Part shown: positions 12,571-24,797 of the stretch, piece after piece | Layout: each line of letters begins with the position of its first letter | Numbering within the stretch: position 1 is the first letter of the stretch | DNA from: Octopus bimaculoides | Taxonomy: Eukaryota | Length of the DNA: 64,000 nt | Assembly (NCBI RefSeq): GCF_001194135.2 | Contig: NC_068994.1 | Location: 93,596-157,595 of the forward strand | Reading direction: 5' to 3' | The notes under the pieces: model-generated | Told to the model about the DNA's origin: nothing | Database searches by the model: none | What the model saw: only the letters and a program-made list of their open reading frames with translations | Position numbers and translations under genes: made by a program

Positions 12571-13349
12571 ATTCCGCCGAGGTCGACTTTGCCTTTCATC
12601 CTTTCGGAGTCAATAAAATAAGTACCAGTTGAACACTGGGGTCGATGAAATCGACTCAATCCCTCCCCCAGAATTGCTGCCCATGTGGGGCAAAAATTGA
12701 AACCATTATTATTATTATATGTTTGGCTTTTGCTTGGTATTTGTACAAAGTTGACTCCAAGTCTCACCCAGAGACCTCAAGAGACAAGAAGTTAGTAGTT
12801 CGAGTTGGTGTTATGACTAGGGTGCCATATTTTTGGTTTTGCACAGAGTTTTATTGTAGAAAGTGTCTGTCAAAACATTTAAGAAAATTAGAAGTTTGTT
12901 TTAAAAGTAATTTGATTATAAGATGATAGTGTGACCTTAGAATGACAGTAAAAGGTGTTTGTTACGTACGTTTAAGAGTACTTTTCACAATACTTACAAT
13001 ATTTTTCGTAGGATAAGAGTAGTTCCCATGGGGTCGATAAATTAAGTACCAGTGAAACATGGGTGTCAATGTAATTGACTAGTCCCCTCCCACTCAAATT
13101 TCAGGCTTTTAGTAGAAAGGAGTATTATTATTATTATTATTAGTAGTAGTAGTTATTGTTGATGGTCGCAAGTCAAAACTGGTCCTGTAAATTACTTCGA
13201 AAATATTTTGTCCCTGACCGTCCTGTCATATTGCATATTTAAGGCAAGACACCAGCACTACAAGCGAGGGAGGAGTCCTAACTGAAAATTCATTACTTCT
13301 ATCCCTCCACACTGAAAATAACAATTCTGCCCATTGTTTTCTTGCTTTT

Positions 13350-13392
<43 letters not shown>

Positions 13393-13874
13393 AAACAAAG
13401 TTCCAATCTCAAATTCTCTCAACATCCTTTGAAATCCTTTAAAGTCTATGTCGATGACCTCCTCTTCCCGGCCTATTTCCCAAGTAGGTCCCTTTTGCTC
13501 CTTGATAATTCTGTCCATTCTCCCCTTCAGTTATTCTCATTATTTTTCCTTATCAAAAAGATTTCTCAATAAAATCTACCATTTCTACACCCAAGCCTAT
13601 TTTTCCAAATTTCAATAAAATATTTAAAACCTAATGCTTGCATCATCGAACTCAGCTTCCCTCTTTTCCTACCAATTATCATATTTCATTCCTTCGATGT
13701 CCTAACCTAGTTTTGTAGAAAAACAAAACAAAGTTACTATAAAAATTGGAATATTATTTTGGTAAAATTTCAAGGAGAAAGATCAACAGAAACGTGAATA
13801 TCAAATGATCTTTGTTGACAAATGGGCAGCGGCAGGCATGGTTATGGTTCTAGGTTCCAACACACTGCACGACA

Positions 13875-13892
13875 ATTTATATATATGTATGC

Positions 13893-13924
<32 letters not shown>

Positions 13925-14358
13925 ATATATATATTTGTATATATGTATGTATGTGTATATATGTATGTATGTGTATATATATATATATATACGTATATAT
14001 ATGTATGTGTATATATATGTATATATGTATGTGTATATATATGTATATATGTATGTGTATATATATGTATATATGTATGTGTATATATATTTGTGTATAT
14101 ATGTATGTATATATGTATGTGTATATGTGTGTGTATATATATATATGTATCTATTTGCATATATATATGTATATATTTGTATATATATATATGTNNNNNN
14201 NNNNNNNNNNNNNNNNNNNNNNNNNNNNNNNNNNNNNNNNNNNNNNNNNNNNNNNNNNNNNNNNNNNNNNNNNNNNNNNNNNNNNNNNNNNNNNNNNNNN
14301 NNNNNNNNNNNNNNNNNNNNNNNNNNNNNNNNNNNNNNNNNNNNNNNNNNNNNNNATC

Positions 14359-14396
<38 letters not shown>

Positions 14397-14450
14397 CAAA
14401 TATATATACATATGTGTGTGTGTGTGTGCGTGTGTGTGTGTGTGTGTGTG
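13875..14450. repeat. Compound (TA)/(TG) microsatellite block spanning an N-gap
   Basis: Read directly. Confidence 0.95.
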
Positions 14451-14452
14451 TA

Positions 14453-16277
14453 TCAGGTTGAGTAAAAAGTAAGCAACGTTTTGAACCATGGAGAATTTGT
14501 ACCGGATTTTTGCAGTTTTGAATTTTAGCAATTGCCTGATAATCCATAGACTTACCCAAATGCATCAATAAATTAACACTGATATTTTCTCACCGTTGTT
14601 ACAATCATGTCGACCTGTTCGTGTCTGTTTGTCCGTTGTTCAAGAGGTTAGTAAAAGGATTATTGAATTGTGTTTATTGTTAATTGTGGTGTCTTTTAAC
14701 ACTTGTGTTTGCTTCCTTGCGGCAGTTTTGTTGACGCTGTTCCCCTTATTTGAAGTGGGTAGCGTTGTTTGGAAAAAAATGATGAATTATGAAAACTTTC
14801 AGCTCCTCAGAATTCTCTTCGGAGGAGGAGGAGGAACTGATAAAAGCTCTGGACAATGCAGACAAGAAGATGGATTTCGCGACGGTGGCCAAAAGCCACC
14901 AAAAAACAGATTAAATTGGAGGAAATTGGTAGAAATACTAAGGGACGGATACAATGTGAAGGTATCCCCTCCCTAAGAAGCAATACAGGGTGAAAAAGAA
15001 AAAATTGTTTATAGAACATTTTCGGTAAAGAACAGGAAGGTCGATGACGGTTGCACAGATTGAAAAGGATTTAAAACAAATATGGAGAGGTTGTGTGTAC
15101 CTCAGCAGAGGCCGAAAGTTTGGAACTGAGGAGGTGCGGTTCCGAGATGCAGCGACCGCCAGCCTACACTCGGCAACCCCTTTAAAAGCGCGATATTCGA
15201 GCAATGTTGCTATTCAACTTCAAAAAATGACATAAAGCAGCTGAAACTACTCGCGATACGAACGAAACGTTTGGTGAGGAAATGACCAGCGAGTGGTCAG
15301 CTGGAAAACGGTTTGAACGATTTCGCAGTGGAGACCTGAGCCTTGAAGATCGGGAGCGCAGTGGACGGCCATCTGTCATCGATGGCGGTCAATCAAAGAC
15401 TGTCATCGATGGCGGTCAGTTAAAGACCGTCATTGAGAAAGACCCACGTAAAACCGCTCGAGAACTGGCAAAAGAACTTTAAATTAGCCAGAAAACTACC
15501 TGCAACAATTTGCATGCGATCGGAAAATCAAAACTGCTCGACAAATGGGTACCATACGATTTGAATGAAAGTCAGAAAATGCGCAGATACGAAATTTTCG
15601 CGTCGCTTCTTCTCTGTTACCAGACCGATCCATTTCTCGACCGTATTTTAACTTGAGATGAAATGTGGATCCTGTGCAAAAAAAAAAAAAAACATTCTTA
15701 ACAGTGGTTGGACCAAAATGAAGCACCGAAAACCTTCCCTAAACCGTCAAACAGAAGGTTATGGTGAGTGTTTGGTGGTGTACTGCTGGACTCATCCAAT
15801 ATAACTTCTTAAAACCCGGAAAAAAACATTACTGCAGAAACATACTGCCAAAATGAACGATAAACTGCTACTTCTCCATCGTCCCAGAATGGTTAACAGA
15901 AGAGGGCCAATCCTTCTTCATGACAATGCCCGACCACACGTTTCACTAATGACGCTTCAGAAGTTGAGGGAACTTGGCCACGAAGTTCTTCCCCACCCAG
16001 CTTATTCCCCAGACCTTTCACCTACTGACTACCACACTTTCAAGCACCTTCATGGTTTCCTGCGTGAGAAGGAGTTCAAAAATCAAACCGATGCTGAAAA
16101 TGCGTTCAAAGAGCTGATCAACTCCAGATTTTTATGTTACCAGAATAAACAAACTTGTAACTCGTTGACAAAAATGTGTTGGTTGTAACGGTACTTACGT
16201 TGATGAATAAAATTTCCGAATTGTTGAAATATATTGTGATGAATTTCATGTTTCAAAACGTTGCTTACTCAGCCTGA
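14453..16277 (+). mobile_element. Mariner (DD34D) with both TIRs, pseudogenised transposase (~15180-16210) and a nested insert in the 5' region
   Basis: TA|tcaggttgagtaaaaagtaagcaacgttttgaaccatg matches the reverse complement of 16243-16277; EDRERSGRPS; HDNARPH...YSPDLSPTDYH with 34-residue spacing; 27-bp in-frame duplication near 15370-15430. Confidence 0.9.
14630..15180 (+). mobile_element. Nested insert in the mariner: probable 5' UTR plus ORF1 start of a non-LTR (Tx1/L1-like) element
   Basis: Decayed ORF MKTFSSSEFSSEEEEELIKALDNADKK...GIPSL...YRTFSVKN...YLSRGRKFGTEEVRF; accounts for the ~500 bp excess over a normal mariner. Family call is inference. Confidence 0.45.
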
Positions 16278-16329
16278 TGTATATGGCAGGTTAAAAGGTG
16301 TGTAACTCAATAAAGATATGCTCAAAGCA

Positions 16330-16730
16330 AAGCTAGACAAGACCTTATGCGGTAGTCTCTTCAGTAGCGCTGGCCTACCTGTGCTGTTATAGAGAAGTGG
16401 GTTACTATGAATAGGGAAGAACATCGATTGGCTACGATGCAAAGTGCCATGGAAAGATATATGTTAGAAATACGAGAGCATATCCGAAATAATGAGACGA
16501 CTCTAGAACGGAGCGGAATAAACAAAGCAATCGTAGAATAGCGAAAGCTCAAGTTCCGTCGTAATGTTCACAAACAACAGGTGGAGCCGTTCAGTTGCCG
16601 ACTGATATCTAAGAGATCGGGAAAGGCCTCCATGATGATGGGAAGACGATTTAGTTAAGCGATTTGGAACAAGATAGAAAAGAATGACGCAATCAAGAAA
16701 GAATCGGAAAAGCATTGTGACCAGGGATAT
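16330..16730 (+). mobile_element. RTE-clade LINE, C-terminal fragment
   Basis: Degenerate LFSS..LPVLL..EEHRLATMQSAMERYML..EHIRN..RSG..NNRWSRSVADW..RPP..WEDD. Confidence 0.65.
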
Positions 16731-17225
16731 ATAGCAACATAGTCTGATCGATACAGATGTGTGTGTGTGTGTGTGTGTGTCTATGCATATATGTACTGGA
16801 ATATTTAAAACTGGATTCTGAGATGTCCATACATCTTAGCTATTTTTTGTCAACGCCATATTTTACTGTTTTATTCCTCGCTCGCATTAGCATATGAGTT
16901 TATCAAAACTCACCATTTTGCTCATATATATGTGTGTGTGTGTGTGTGGAAATTAGTCATGTTGTGATGAAACATCGACACGAAACCTTGCCTAATGACC
17001 CACTGAGATACAAACACACACGCGCACACATGCATACATACACGCGCGCGCGCACGCATCAAGTCCTTGTCTTTGCAAAGGTAAGAGAGTTGGGAGGGAA
17101 ACGAGAAAGGCACTTATGGTAGCGCTGTGTCACAGTGAGTTGGTGTCGGCTTCGTAATTCATTAAATCTTAATTGGTGAGGAAATAGAAACTTGACTATC
17201 AGTCTCCCAGAATAAGGAAATAACA

Positions 17226-17266
<41 letters not shown>

Positions 17267-17903
17267 CGAGAGAGAGAGGGGGAAGGAGAGGGCTGGCGGC
17301 GACGGCGGCGACAGAATATGTCATCATGTGTAAGAAGAAAGTTGTTATTTAGCCCTGAGTCAAGCTGATCGACCAGGTATATTATGATCAAAGGTGTTCC
17401 TTTCGTGATCATCTCGACTTTTTGCATATTCAATTGTGCATTGCCAATATCATTCTGCTTTTAAACGATGAGAGTTTGACTGTTGTTTCTTGCATGCCGT
17501 TAGACTACGTAGAAAACGCTTGTCCTGTTAGAAATAACAGTCAAATCCGACCTATTTGATTGGTTTGAAGAGAGAAAGTGAAAGACGTCAGAGATAAAAT
17601 ATAACAAAACAGCCCCTCAAGTGGTGTCAAGTTTTGAGGGGTGGGGGTTAGAATGAGAAAGACCATAGTTGACTAATCTCGTCAACCACTCACATCTCTT
17701 CGACTTTAATTGAAATCAAATTACTACATGCATTAATTAAGAGAGCTAGAAAGATAGACATACTCATCTCACTAAAGAGACTGGCAAATATATAACTAAG
17801 TTAATATTAATATTTAATTTAACTAAGTTAATATTAATATTTAATTTATGGAGCATAAAGATATCTAGCTAGAAATATGTAGCGAGATAGACGGATAGGC
17901 AAA

Positions 17904-17966
17904 CAGGGTGGCAGGGTGGCAGGGTGGCAGGGTAGCAGGGTGGCAGGGTAGCAGGGTGGCAGGGTG
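17904..17966 (+). repeat. 8-bp tandem repeat (CAGGGTRG) x ~8, G-quadruplex motif
   Basis: Eight GGG runs with 5-nt spacers, read directly. Confidence 0.9.
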
Positions 17967-18679
17967 TCGGTAAGGCAGGCATTTCAGAATATGTTGTGGT
18001 TGATGGTGTTTCGAACAAAGTCATCTCTGATCGATCTCACCTTTTATCAGAAAGGTTCCAGCCGTGACTAACCCGTCTTTCTTGGCGTACGTGGGACATG
18101 TGTCCTTCCCATTTTTAAGACGGTGTATTTTGAGGAAGATATAACTACTATTTCAAGCAAATCTATTGAACACGTTGTACCACCTCTCCTTACGGCCATT
18201 TATTGGATGGGTGAAATCGGTGTAAGAAAGATCAAGGGTAGTGGTCTTTATGGATTTACATAAACCTCTGTAATAAGCAACCTTGGAATTTTACTTTTCC
18301 CTGATGCTACCGAAAATGTCTAGAGTAAATACTTTGGCCGTACAATTGAGCAGCAGACTAAAGTATTTTGAAGTACGACTGAGAATAATAAAGTACAAGT
18401 GAAGGCCAGTGAAGAAAAAATGTTTTATAGTTTGTTTATAGCATCTCTAAAATTTGGTGGATTTGTTCAATAGGTTTGTTAATGGAGTCAGAGCTAAGCA
18501 AAAGTAAGGGGATAGAACGAATCTCCCAGTCTTAGCTGGTTTTAATTATATTCTTTTTGCCTTGTTTGCATTATGCCTGACTCTAGATATGTAGCCTGAC
18601 TCTAGTAACTAAGAGTGAAATATAAAGATTCGTTTCCTTCTTACTGCTTTCTATAATAATTCGGTTCATTTCTACCTGT

Positions 18680-19525
18680 TGTATTAGTATGAAATTCTGC
18701 TTGAAATCGGAAAAACTTTTACGGAAACTTTTCAAATATTGCAATGGGTGCAAAGGGAAGATTATTTAAGTAGTGCGCAACGTGGCGAGTGATGCCAGCA
18801 TTTTAATTGGAAAGAACAGCCACTGAAACGCTCCTACGACGATCATATTGTGAAAGTGCAGCTGTAATCCTTGACAATCGTCACTTGAGTGTCTTTGATG
18901 TTTCCGAAGAAGTAATGATCTGTAAAAATTCATGTCACATAATCTTAAAAGAAGAAACGATGGAGAGTCCTGTTGCCGCAAAATGTGTTAACAGAAACTG
19001 AACAGAGTTGCAGTTAATCGTGAGTTTTTTGATCGTTTGAATATCTATGAAAACTTTCTGAAAAGTCATAATAATTATCGAAACGTGGGTGTAAGACTAT
19101 GATATTGAAAGAAAAAAGATAGTTGCCATAGAAGGGTCGATGGTCAGCATTGCAACCAAACGAAAACACGTTAGATTTATTCTGGTGTTGATCGTCTTTT
19201 CGTCTCAGTTCGTTCCATGGGGTTCAGACAGTCACTAAAGAGTTATGTTTGTCCTGGAGCATTAACATAGAAATGATGCGAAAAAAAAAGGGGGGGGGAC
19301 TGAGGTATAGACAATGAAAAGCTGCAAGCTGCACAACGCTCAAGCCTCATTCCTTATCCGTAATGGTTTGACAAGTACGAGACAGCACTCATCTCTTAGC
19401 CTTTCTACATCACGGATTTGACCCTGAAGGACTTTTCGATTCCTAAATGCATCTTCAATTCAGAAGTTAGAAGAGATCGAAGACAATTCGCAGCAAGAAA
19501 CAAGTACTAATCAAGACGTTCCAGA
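18680..19525 (+). mobile_element. Highly decayed mariner transposase remnant
   Basis: Fragments KFC..IGKTFTETFQILQ, NRHLSV.DVSEEV.I.K.SCH.IL, ETWV.DYDIE and degenerate HDNA / SPDL motifs across frameshifts. Confidence 0.65.
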
Positions 19526-19530
19526 ATTTG

Positions 19531-19571
<41 letters not shown>

Positions 19572-21489
19572 TGTGTGNNNNNNNNNNNGGGGGGGGGGGT
19601 ATCTTGAAGGAGACAAATCTGATTAAATTATAAACAGCATTTTCTCAAAATTTGGAGCTCCTTCGAACAGAAGGCGCGTGTGAAGTTTAGCTCACACACT
19701 TACACGGCTTCTGTCTACATAACAGAAATAGTTGTCTAAATGAGATATTGAAACGGACTTATAATAGATTGAAGAAATATTTGGGGTGACACTGGCGATA
19801 TATATCCCCGGCTTACATTACACGGTTACTATAGAAACTACATTATTGCTACAGTCGCTACACTGCTGATACAATCACAACACGGACCTGGATAAAGTTA
19901 CCAAAATTTTTGGGAATGTGGATTGGTGGGACAACGCCCGTTGTGTACTGTTTCACAATAGACTTTCAATGTCTATTGTGTATTGATGTTTCTTTTATGC
20001 TGTGTGGGAGCAATTGCAGATAGAACCACTGTTAACAATATGAAACGTATTATAAATGATTCTTGATTGGACCCACACGTATAATAGATGATAACCAGAT
20101 TGGGGTCACATGTATCATATATGATCCTACATCGGACTCACGTGTATTACATATCATCTCCAATTGGGGTCATATGGTCGCAGATCTAAGATCACGTATA
20201 ATATATACTCTGCAGTCTGTGGAAACTTGTATCTCTCTGTCTTTTTGTCTAAACTCCTTCGTTTACGGTTGTTTAACTTCTTCTGCAAGTTGATCTTATT
20301 GTCTTTGTTGGCTGCTTTTATGATTCAACATTTCTTTCATGTGGCATTTTCTATCTGTCCACCGTCATTGCAGTTTATCTGATAAGTAAGCTATAACAAT
20401 GGAGGATATTAACGCTCAGTGGGAAATGGTGGTGGTAGTGACGGTAAGAACAATGATGATGATGATGATAACAAACGTGTGTGATCTTGTTTGATGTTTG
20501 ATTACTAAATTGTATTGGTAAATATGTCTCGTTAGGAGTGACAGGTGAAATGATTGACCGGCTAACTACTTGCCTAGCCCCTGTCTGTATCTTATGTTTT
20601 TTTATCTGTCGGGTTGTATTGTTCCACAAACATGAATATAATTATTGTGCAAAGTAGAATCTAAATAGAAAGACAAGAAGAGACAGGTTTAAATGAGTGA
20701 AGTAACCAGCTTCTAAATGTGACTTTTGACAGAACTGTGTTGTTAGGACAGTGGGGCTGATATAGTATTAGTTAGATGGAGTAGTGCACCTCTAGACTAC
20801 AAGTTACGAGTTCATATCCTAGTACAGTCATCGCTGACGTTGTGTTCGTTGGTAAAAAAAAAATATTGTATCTATTGACAACCATGTCTAAACAGACCTG
20901 GTTGTATTGTTGTTTAACCCCAGGCCAACCCTGACCGAGCACACCTATGATCAAAGACATTCCAGCCACGACCATTCTCTCCTTTTAAAACGCAGTTAAT
21001 CTAGGATAACATTAACGTGATCCTCATTTCAGTCGGGCATTTTAAAGATTTTTTTTTTATTTGGGAAATTTGGTTATTTCTAGCCACTTGAGCTACCGAA
21101 GTACTTCAGGGCATCAGCGTTTACCACACTAATATCTATTTAGCTCGACCTTGATTCTGTCCACAGAGAAATGTTAAAAGTGATAGAACTTGCAGTTTGT
21201 CTACGTGAAAGTTTATCTCTCAGCCGCACACCACAACAATGAGAACCAAATCTAAGTACATTTCCCTCTTACCTTTGGCTTTAGACCCAAATCAATCCTG
21301 ATCGAGATAATCCATATTCAAAAGCATTCCATCCATGACGGTCTTGGATAGTACACCACAGATCACATTACGAAGTATCTCTTATTTTTAAGATATTAAG
21401 GTATAATTTAAGAGAGATGCAGCTACTATTTCTAGTAGGTTAGGGTTATCTCAGTGGTTTACTAGCTTTATCAGTCTCGTCTGTTTCAG

Positions 21490-21528
21490 ACTCCTGCGAA
21501 AGTTCTGCTCACTGCATCTTCCGCTTGA
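21490..21528 (+). CDS. Possible 39-nt exon just upstream of the SH2 domain (LLRKFCSLHLPL-E)
   Basis: Acceptor gtctcgtctgtttcag|A and donor GA|gtaaat; phase 2-2, compatible with both 7236 and 22962. Confidence 0.25.
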   Translation, partial: TPAKVLLTASSA

Positions 21529-21999
21529 GTAAATTTATTTAAAAAATCTGCTCAGCAGACCGCAAGAGTTCGTAAAAAGATCCGCTCAGACATCCGATCA
21601 GATAGTGTATCTAAAATTACTATCTAATGTGATTTTTGTTTAAGATGGCTAATTGTGATTTGAGTGATCTTTGCTACTGTTTCTAGCGGGTTTGTTTTAC
21701 TCAGAATATGGAAAAATAGAAAATCCTCCTAAAAAATCTAATGAAAGTGTGTAAAAAGTTTTAGCTTCCTTGAAACCAGTTTCAATGTTATTCCTTACTA
21801 AAAACCAATTCCTGTGGTTTTCTCTATTCAAAAGTTCCACAAGGACGATTCCATATCTTTCCATTTCCCTTAATGTTATATTCGTATTTACTTTTATATG
21901 GACGACATTAAAATTAGGTGTGGTTTTAATTCCGTTTTTTTATTCTATAGCTAAACCTGAAAAATTCTGTATTACTTTGGTGTAGGATCTACAAATTAA

Positions 22000-22577
22000 A
22001 AGGCGATTACTTTAGGTTACTTTTTAGTTTATTTTTCAATTTCTAAAAAACCCTTAAGATGTTCTTGTGTCTCTAGCAGATGTTCGCTCAATTCATCGAC
22101 AAAATTATTCAAATTTGTATTTCATCTTTATTATCAAATTACTATTCAAATGTTTTATGAATTCTTTTGTACATACTTAGCATTGTAAATGTATTTTTTT
22201 CAAAATTCTTACTATTTTAATAATAATAAAACCATGTTTCATTTATGTCTAAGTAAATAATAAAATAAAAACAAGAATAAACAATATGGTAATTAAAAAT
22301 AAGCGTGTAGATCACACAGGTTTGACAGCTGCGAGTTTTGCAATGTAAAGTTGGCAAAATTTCACCGTTTTTCCCTTTACTTCGAGCTTCCTTCATTTCG
22401 CCATCACAACGATGATATGGTGCAACATTTTGTTCGTCATCTAAAAGGTCATTTCTTCGTAAAAATACAACAGCCTTCGTCTCGTCGCTGATCGCATTGT
22501 AAAAATCTTTAGCCAACAACTTAAGAGCTTTTAGAAATTGAAAAGTAAACTAAAACGTAACCTAAAGTAATCACCCT
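22000..22577 (-). mobile_element. 578-bp TIR element (~60-bp TIRs, TTAA flanks) carrying a transposase N-terminal remnant resembling Merlin/IS1595
   Basis: 22000-22062 aligns to the reverse complement of 22515-22577; TTAA at 21996-21999 and 22578-22581; ORF 22519-22217 FYNAISDETKAVVFLRRNDLL...HRC.GEM...LHCKTRSCQT. Confidence 0.75.
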
Positions 22578-22810
22578 TTAAGCTGGAGATAACACGCCAA
22601 AGTAGGACCAAAAATTCTATATTGTGAGGTTAAGAATTTTACTTCATAATCACGTTATTTTGTATACGAACTCACTGTCTTGTACAATGGACAAGAGTCT
22701 CTCTCCTACCGTAACCTTGTCAACCAAATACTTGTCCGTTAATCTCCGTAGTCAGAAATTATGCAGAAACTCATTGAGTTGGTCCGTATCAATTTTTGGA
22801 CGGTAGACTT

Positions 22811-22864
<54 letters not shown>

Positions 22865-22961
22865 GCTAGCTAGTTGTTTACCCACTTGCACTATCTGTCT
22901 ACCATGTCTAATTAATTACTGGTATTTACAGACATTTTACATTGATGGCAATATTTTTCAG

Positions 22962-23078
22962 GATCAACCCAATATCTTTCGGAAAGTACGAAGCAGAGAT
23001 GGCGCTCAAAGACACATCACCTGGAACCTACCTGATGTACAAGGATTATGAATCTAACCAAATTTATCTCTCTGTCAG
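22962..23078 (+). CDS. Coding exon, N-terminal half of an SH2-like domain (xINPISFGKYEAEMALKDTSPGTYLMYKDYESNQIYLSV-R)
   Basis: Acceptor atatttttcag|G and donor TCAG|gtaaag; 117 nt = 1+38 codons+2, no stops; resembles SH2 alphaA-betaB-betaC (EAE..L....GT[F/Y]L.....[Y]LSV). An in-frame alternative acceptor exists at 22932. Confidence 0.8.
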
Positions 23079-23339
23079 GTAAAGATCTTCATTATAGTCT
23101 GTCTTTGTGAGAGAGAGCTTAAACTGGTTGGATGTTACATTTGTGGGGGGGGGGGGATATACGAACTGAAGACTACCTTTATATGTAGTGCAGTTCCCTC
23201 TCTGAGGCAACAGACTGGATATTAACTTCTCACCAGTAATAGCCAAATGAAAAACGTGGGGTCTAAGCACCTAATTCTCCTAAATTTCTGTAGATTGTTT
23301 AACCCTAGATTTACTTTGATTTCACAGACCTCTCCTTTA

Positions 23340-23515
23340 TTTTTTAACTTGTTTCAGTCATTAGAGTGAGGTCATGCTGTGACGCCACCTTGAAGGATTT
23401 TAGTCAAACGAATTGGGCCCAGGACTTATTCTGTTGGTGTCTTTCTTGAATCGCTAAGTTATGGACGCATAAACTCATCAAAACCGGTTGTCAAGCTGTG
23501 GTGGGATACATACAC
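23340..23515 (-). mobile_element. SINE family A, 3' half
   Basis: acttgtttcagtcatt...gctaagtta...ggttgtcaagc matches the reverse complement of the 33300-33470 tail. Confidence 0.7.
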
Positions 23516-23749
23516 TCTCTCTCTCTCCCTCTCTCTCTTTCACTCACTAACACACACACACACATTATCGGTCGCACATACATAGTGTATGTATTTTTTT
23601 TTCTTTATAAGGCGAAGAAAATTAGATAACGAATAATTGCAAAATATCGCTATCATTTTCGGTGATTCCGAAGCGAGTTCTCACAACCAGTCTGTGACAT
23701 TCAGGTGTTGTTTAACTCCTGAATGTCATGTAGGATGCTACTTGGATGT

Positions 23750-24066
23750 AGAATACACTTCAGCCTTCATCAGGTGACTTGGGGAAATTTCGAAACTGGG
23801 TTCTCATTCCTAATTCCTCATTCGATGCGAACTTGGAATCTTAACCACTACACCATACGCACGTGAGCAATTACGGAGTGAATTTTAGGGCTTACAAATC
23901 TAATATTCTCCTATCCTTCCTTAATACCGGTTCCTATATGCTGCTCATATCTGCACTCAGACTGTTTAGGAGGTTGTTGTGTCCTAGCATATGTGCTGCT
24001 TCTTTTAGTTTTCGTATTTTCCAGTGATGTTCTCTGTCTATTATTTTTAACTTCATCCCACAGGGG
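23750..24066 (-). mobile_element. Penelope-like element 3' remnant: GIY-YIG C-terminus, tRNA-like segment and half hammerhead
   Basis: PLWDEVK/IIDREHHWKIRKLKEAAHMLGHNNLLN..S.DMSSI*EPVL (24066-23892); A-box-like TGGTGTAGTGG downstream; CCTGATGAAGGCTG at ~23773-23760. Confidence 0.7.
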
Positions 24067-24129
24067 GAGGGTTAATATAGGTAATTTTTTTCTTTATAGC
24101 CTGCTTTAAGTAAGGCAGAGTTATAACGG

Positions 24130-24355
24130 ACGGTTTGACTGGAGACTGGCAAGCTAGGAAGCTGCAATCTGATTTGGCAATGTTTCTACAGCTGGATGCC
24201 CTTCCTAACGCCAACCACTACGAGAGTGTAGTGGGTGCTTTTTACATGGAGCCAGTCGGGGTGGGGGGGACGGCATCGACCACATTTGGCTGATGCTTTT
24301 TATGTGCCACCAGCACGGGGAGCCAGTCAGGTGGCACTGGCAGTGACCTAATGCC
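24130..24355 (+). repeat. Interspersed retroposon-derived repeat fragment
   Basis: Contains ctggatgcccttcctaacgccaaccac and an internal direct-repeat structure; family unassigned. Confidence 0.4.
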
Positions 24356-24797
24356 CAATATATACAGACAGTAGACTATAAGCTAATGCAGATTTGGCAG
24401 TTATTTCTAGCAACACCAATGACCATATGGGTGATATATGTTATTATTCTATGCAATGGCAGCACTATTGAACTTCAGAATGTTGCCATTTTTGACTTCA
24501 ACATCTGGCCTCTGGATGATTTTTAGTTTGTGCAGTTTAAGTTTTCCTTTTGTGAGCATTGATTGAAAAAACTTTCAACTATAGACACAAGGCCTGAAAT
24601 TTTGTTTGATTGGGCTAAGTCAATTAATTAACCCCAGTGCTTAACTGGAACTTATTTTATCGACCCTGAAAGGATAAAAAACGAAGTCAACCTTGGTGGC
24701 TTTACCTTAATATTTGCCAATATTAATTGCTGTAAATAGTTATTTTCTGCAAAATGTTAGTTTCTTTCTCCTAAATTGCATTTTGTCTATTCTTCAG

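Noticed and set aside
13801-14568. Long ORFs (up to 255 aa) in the ORF track, likewise at 3978-4399, 5602-6060, 42717-43319, 53748-54584 and 62697-63438
   Set aside because: They are translations of (TA)/(TG)/(GACA) microsatellites and N-gaps, not proteins.
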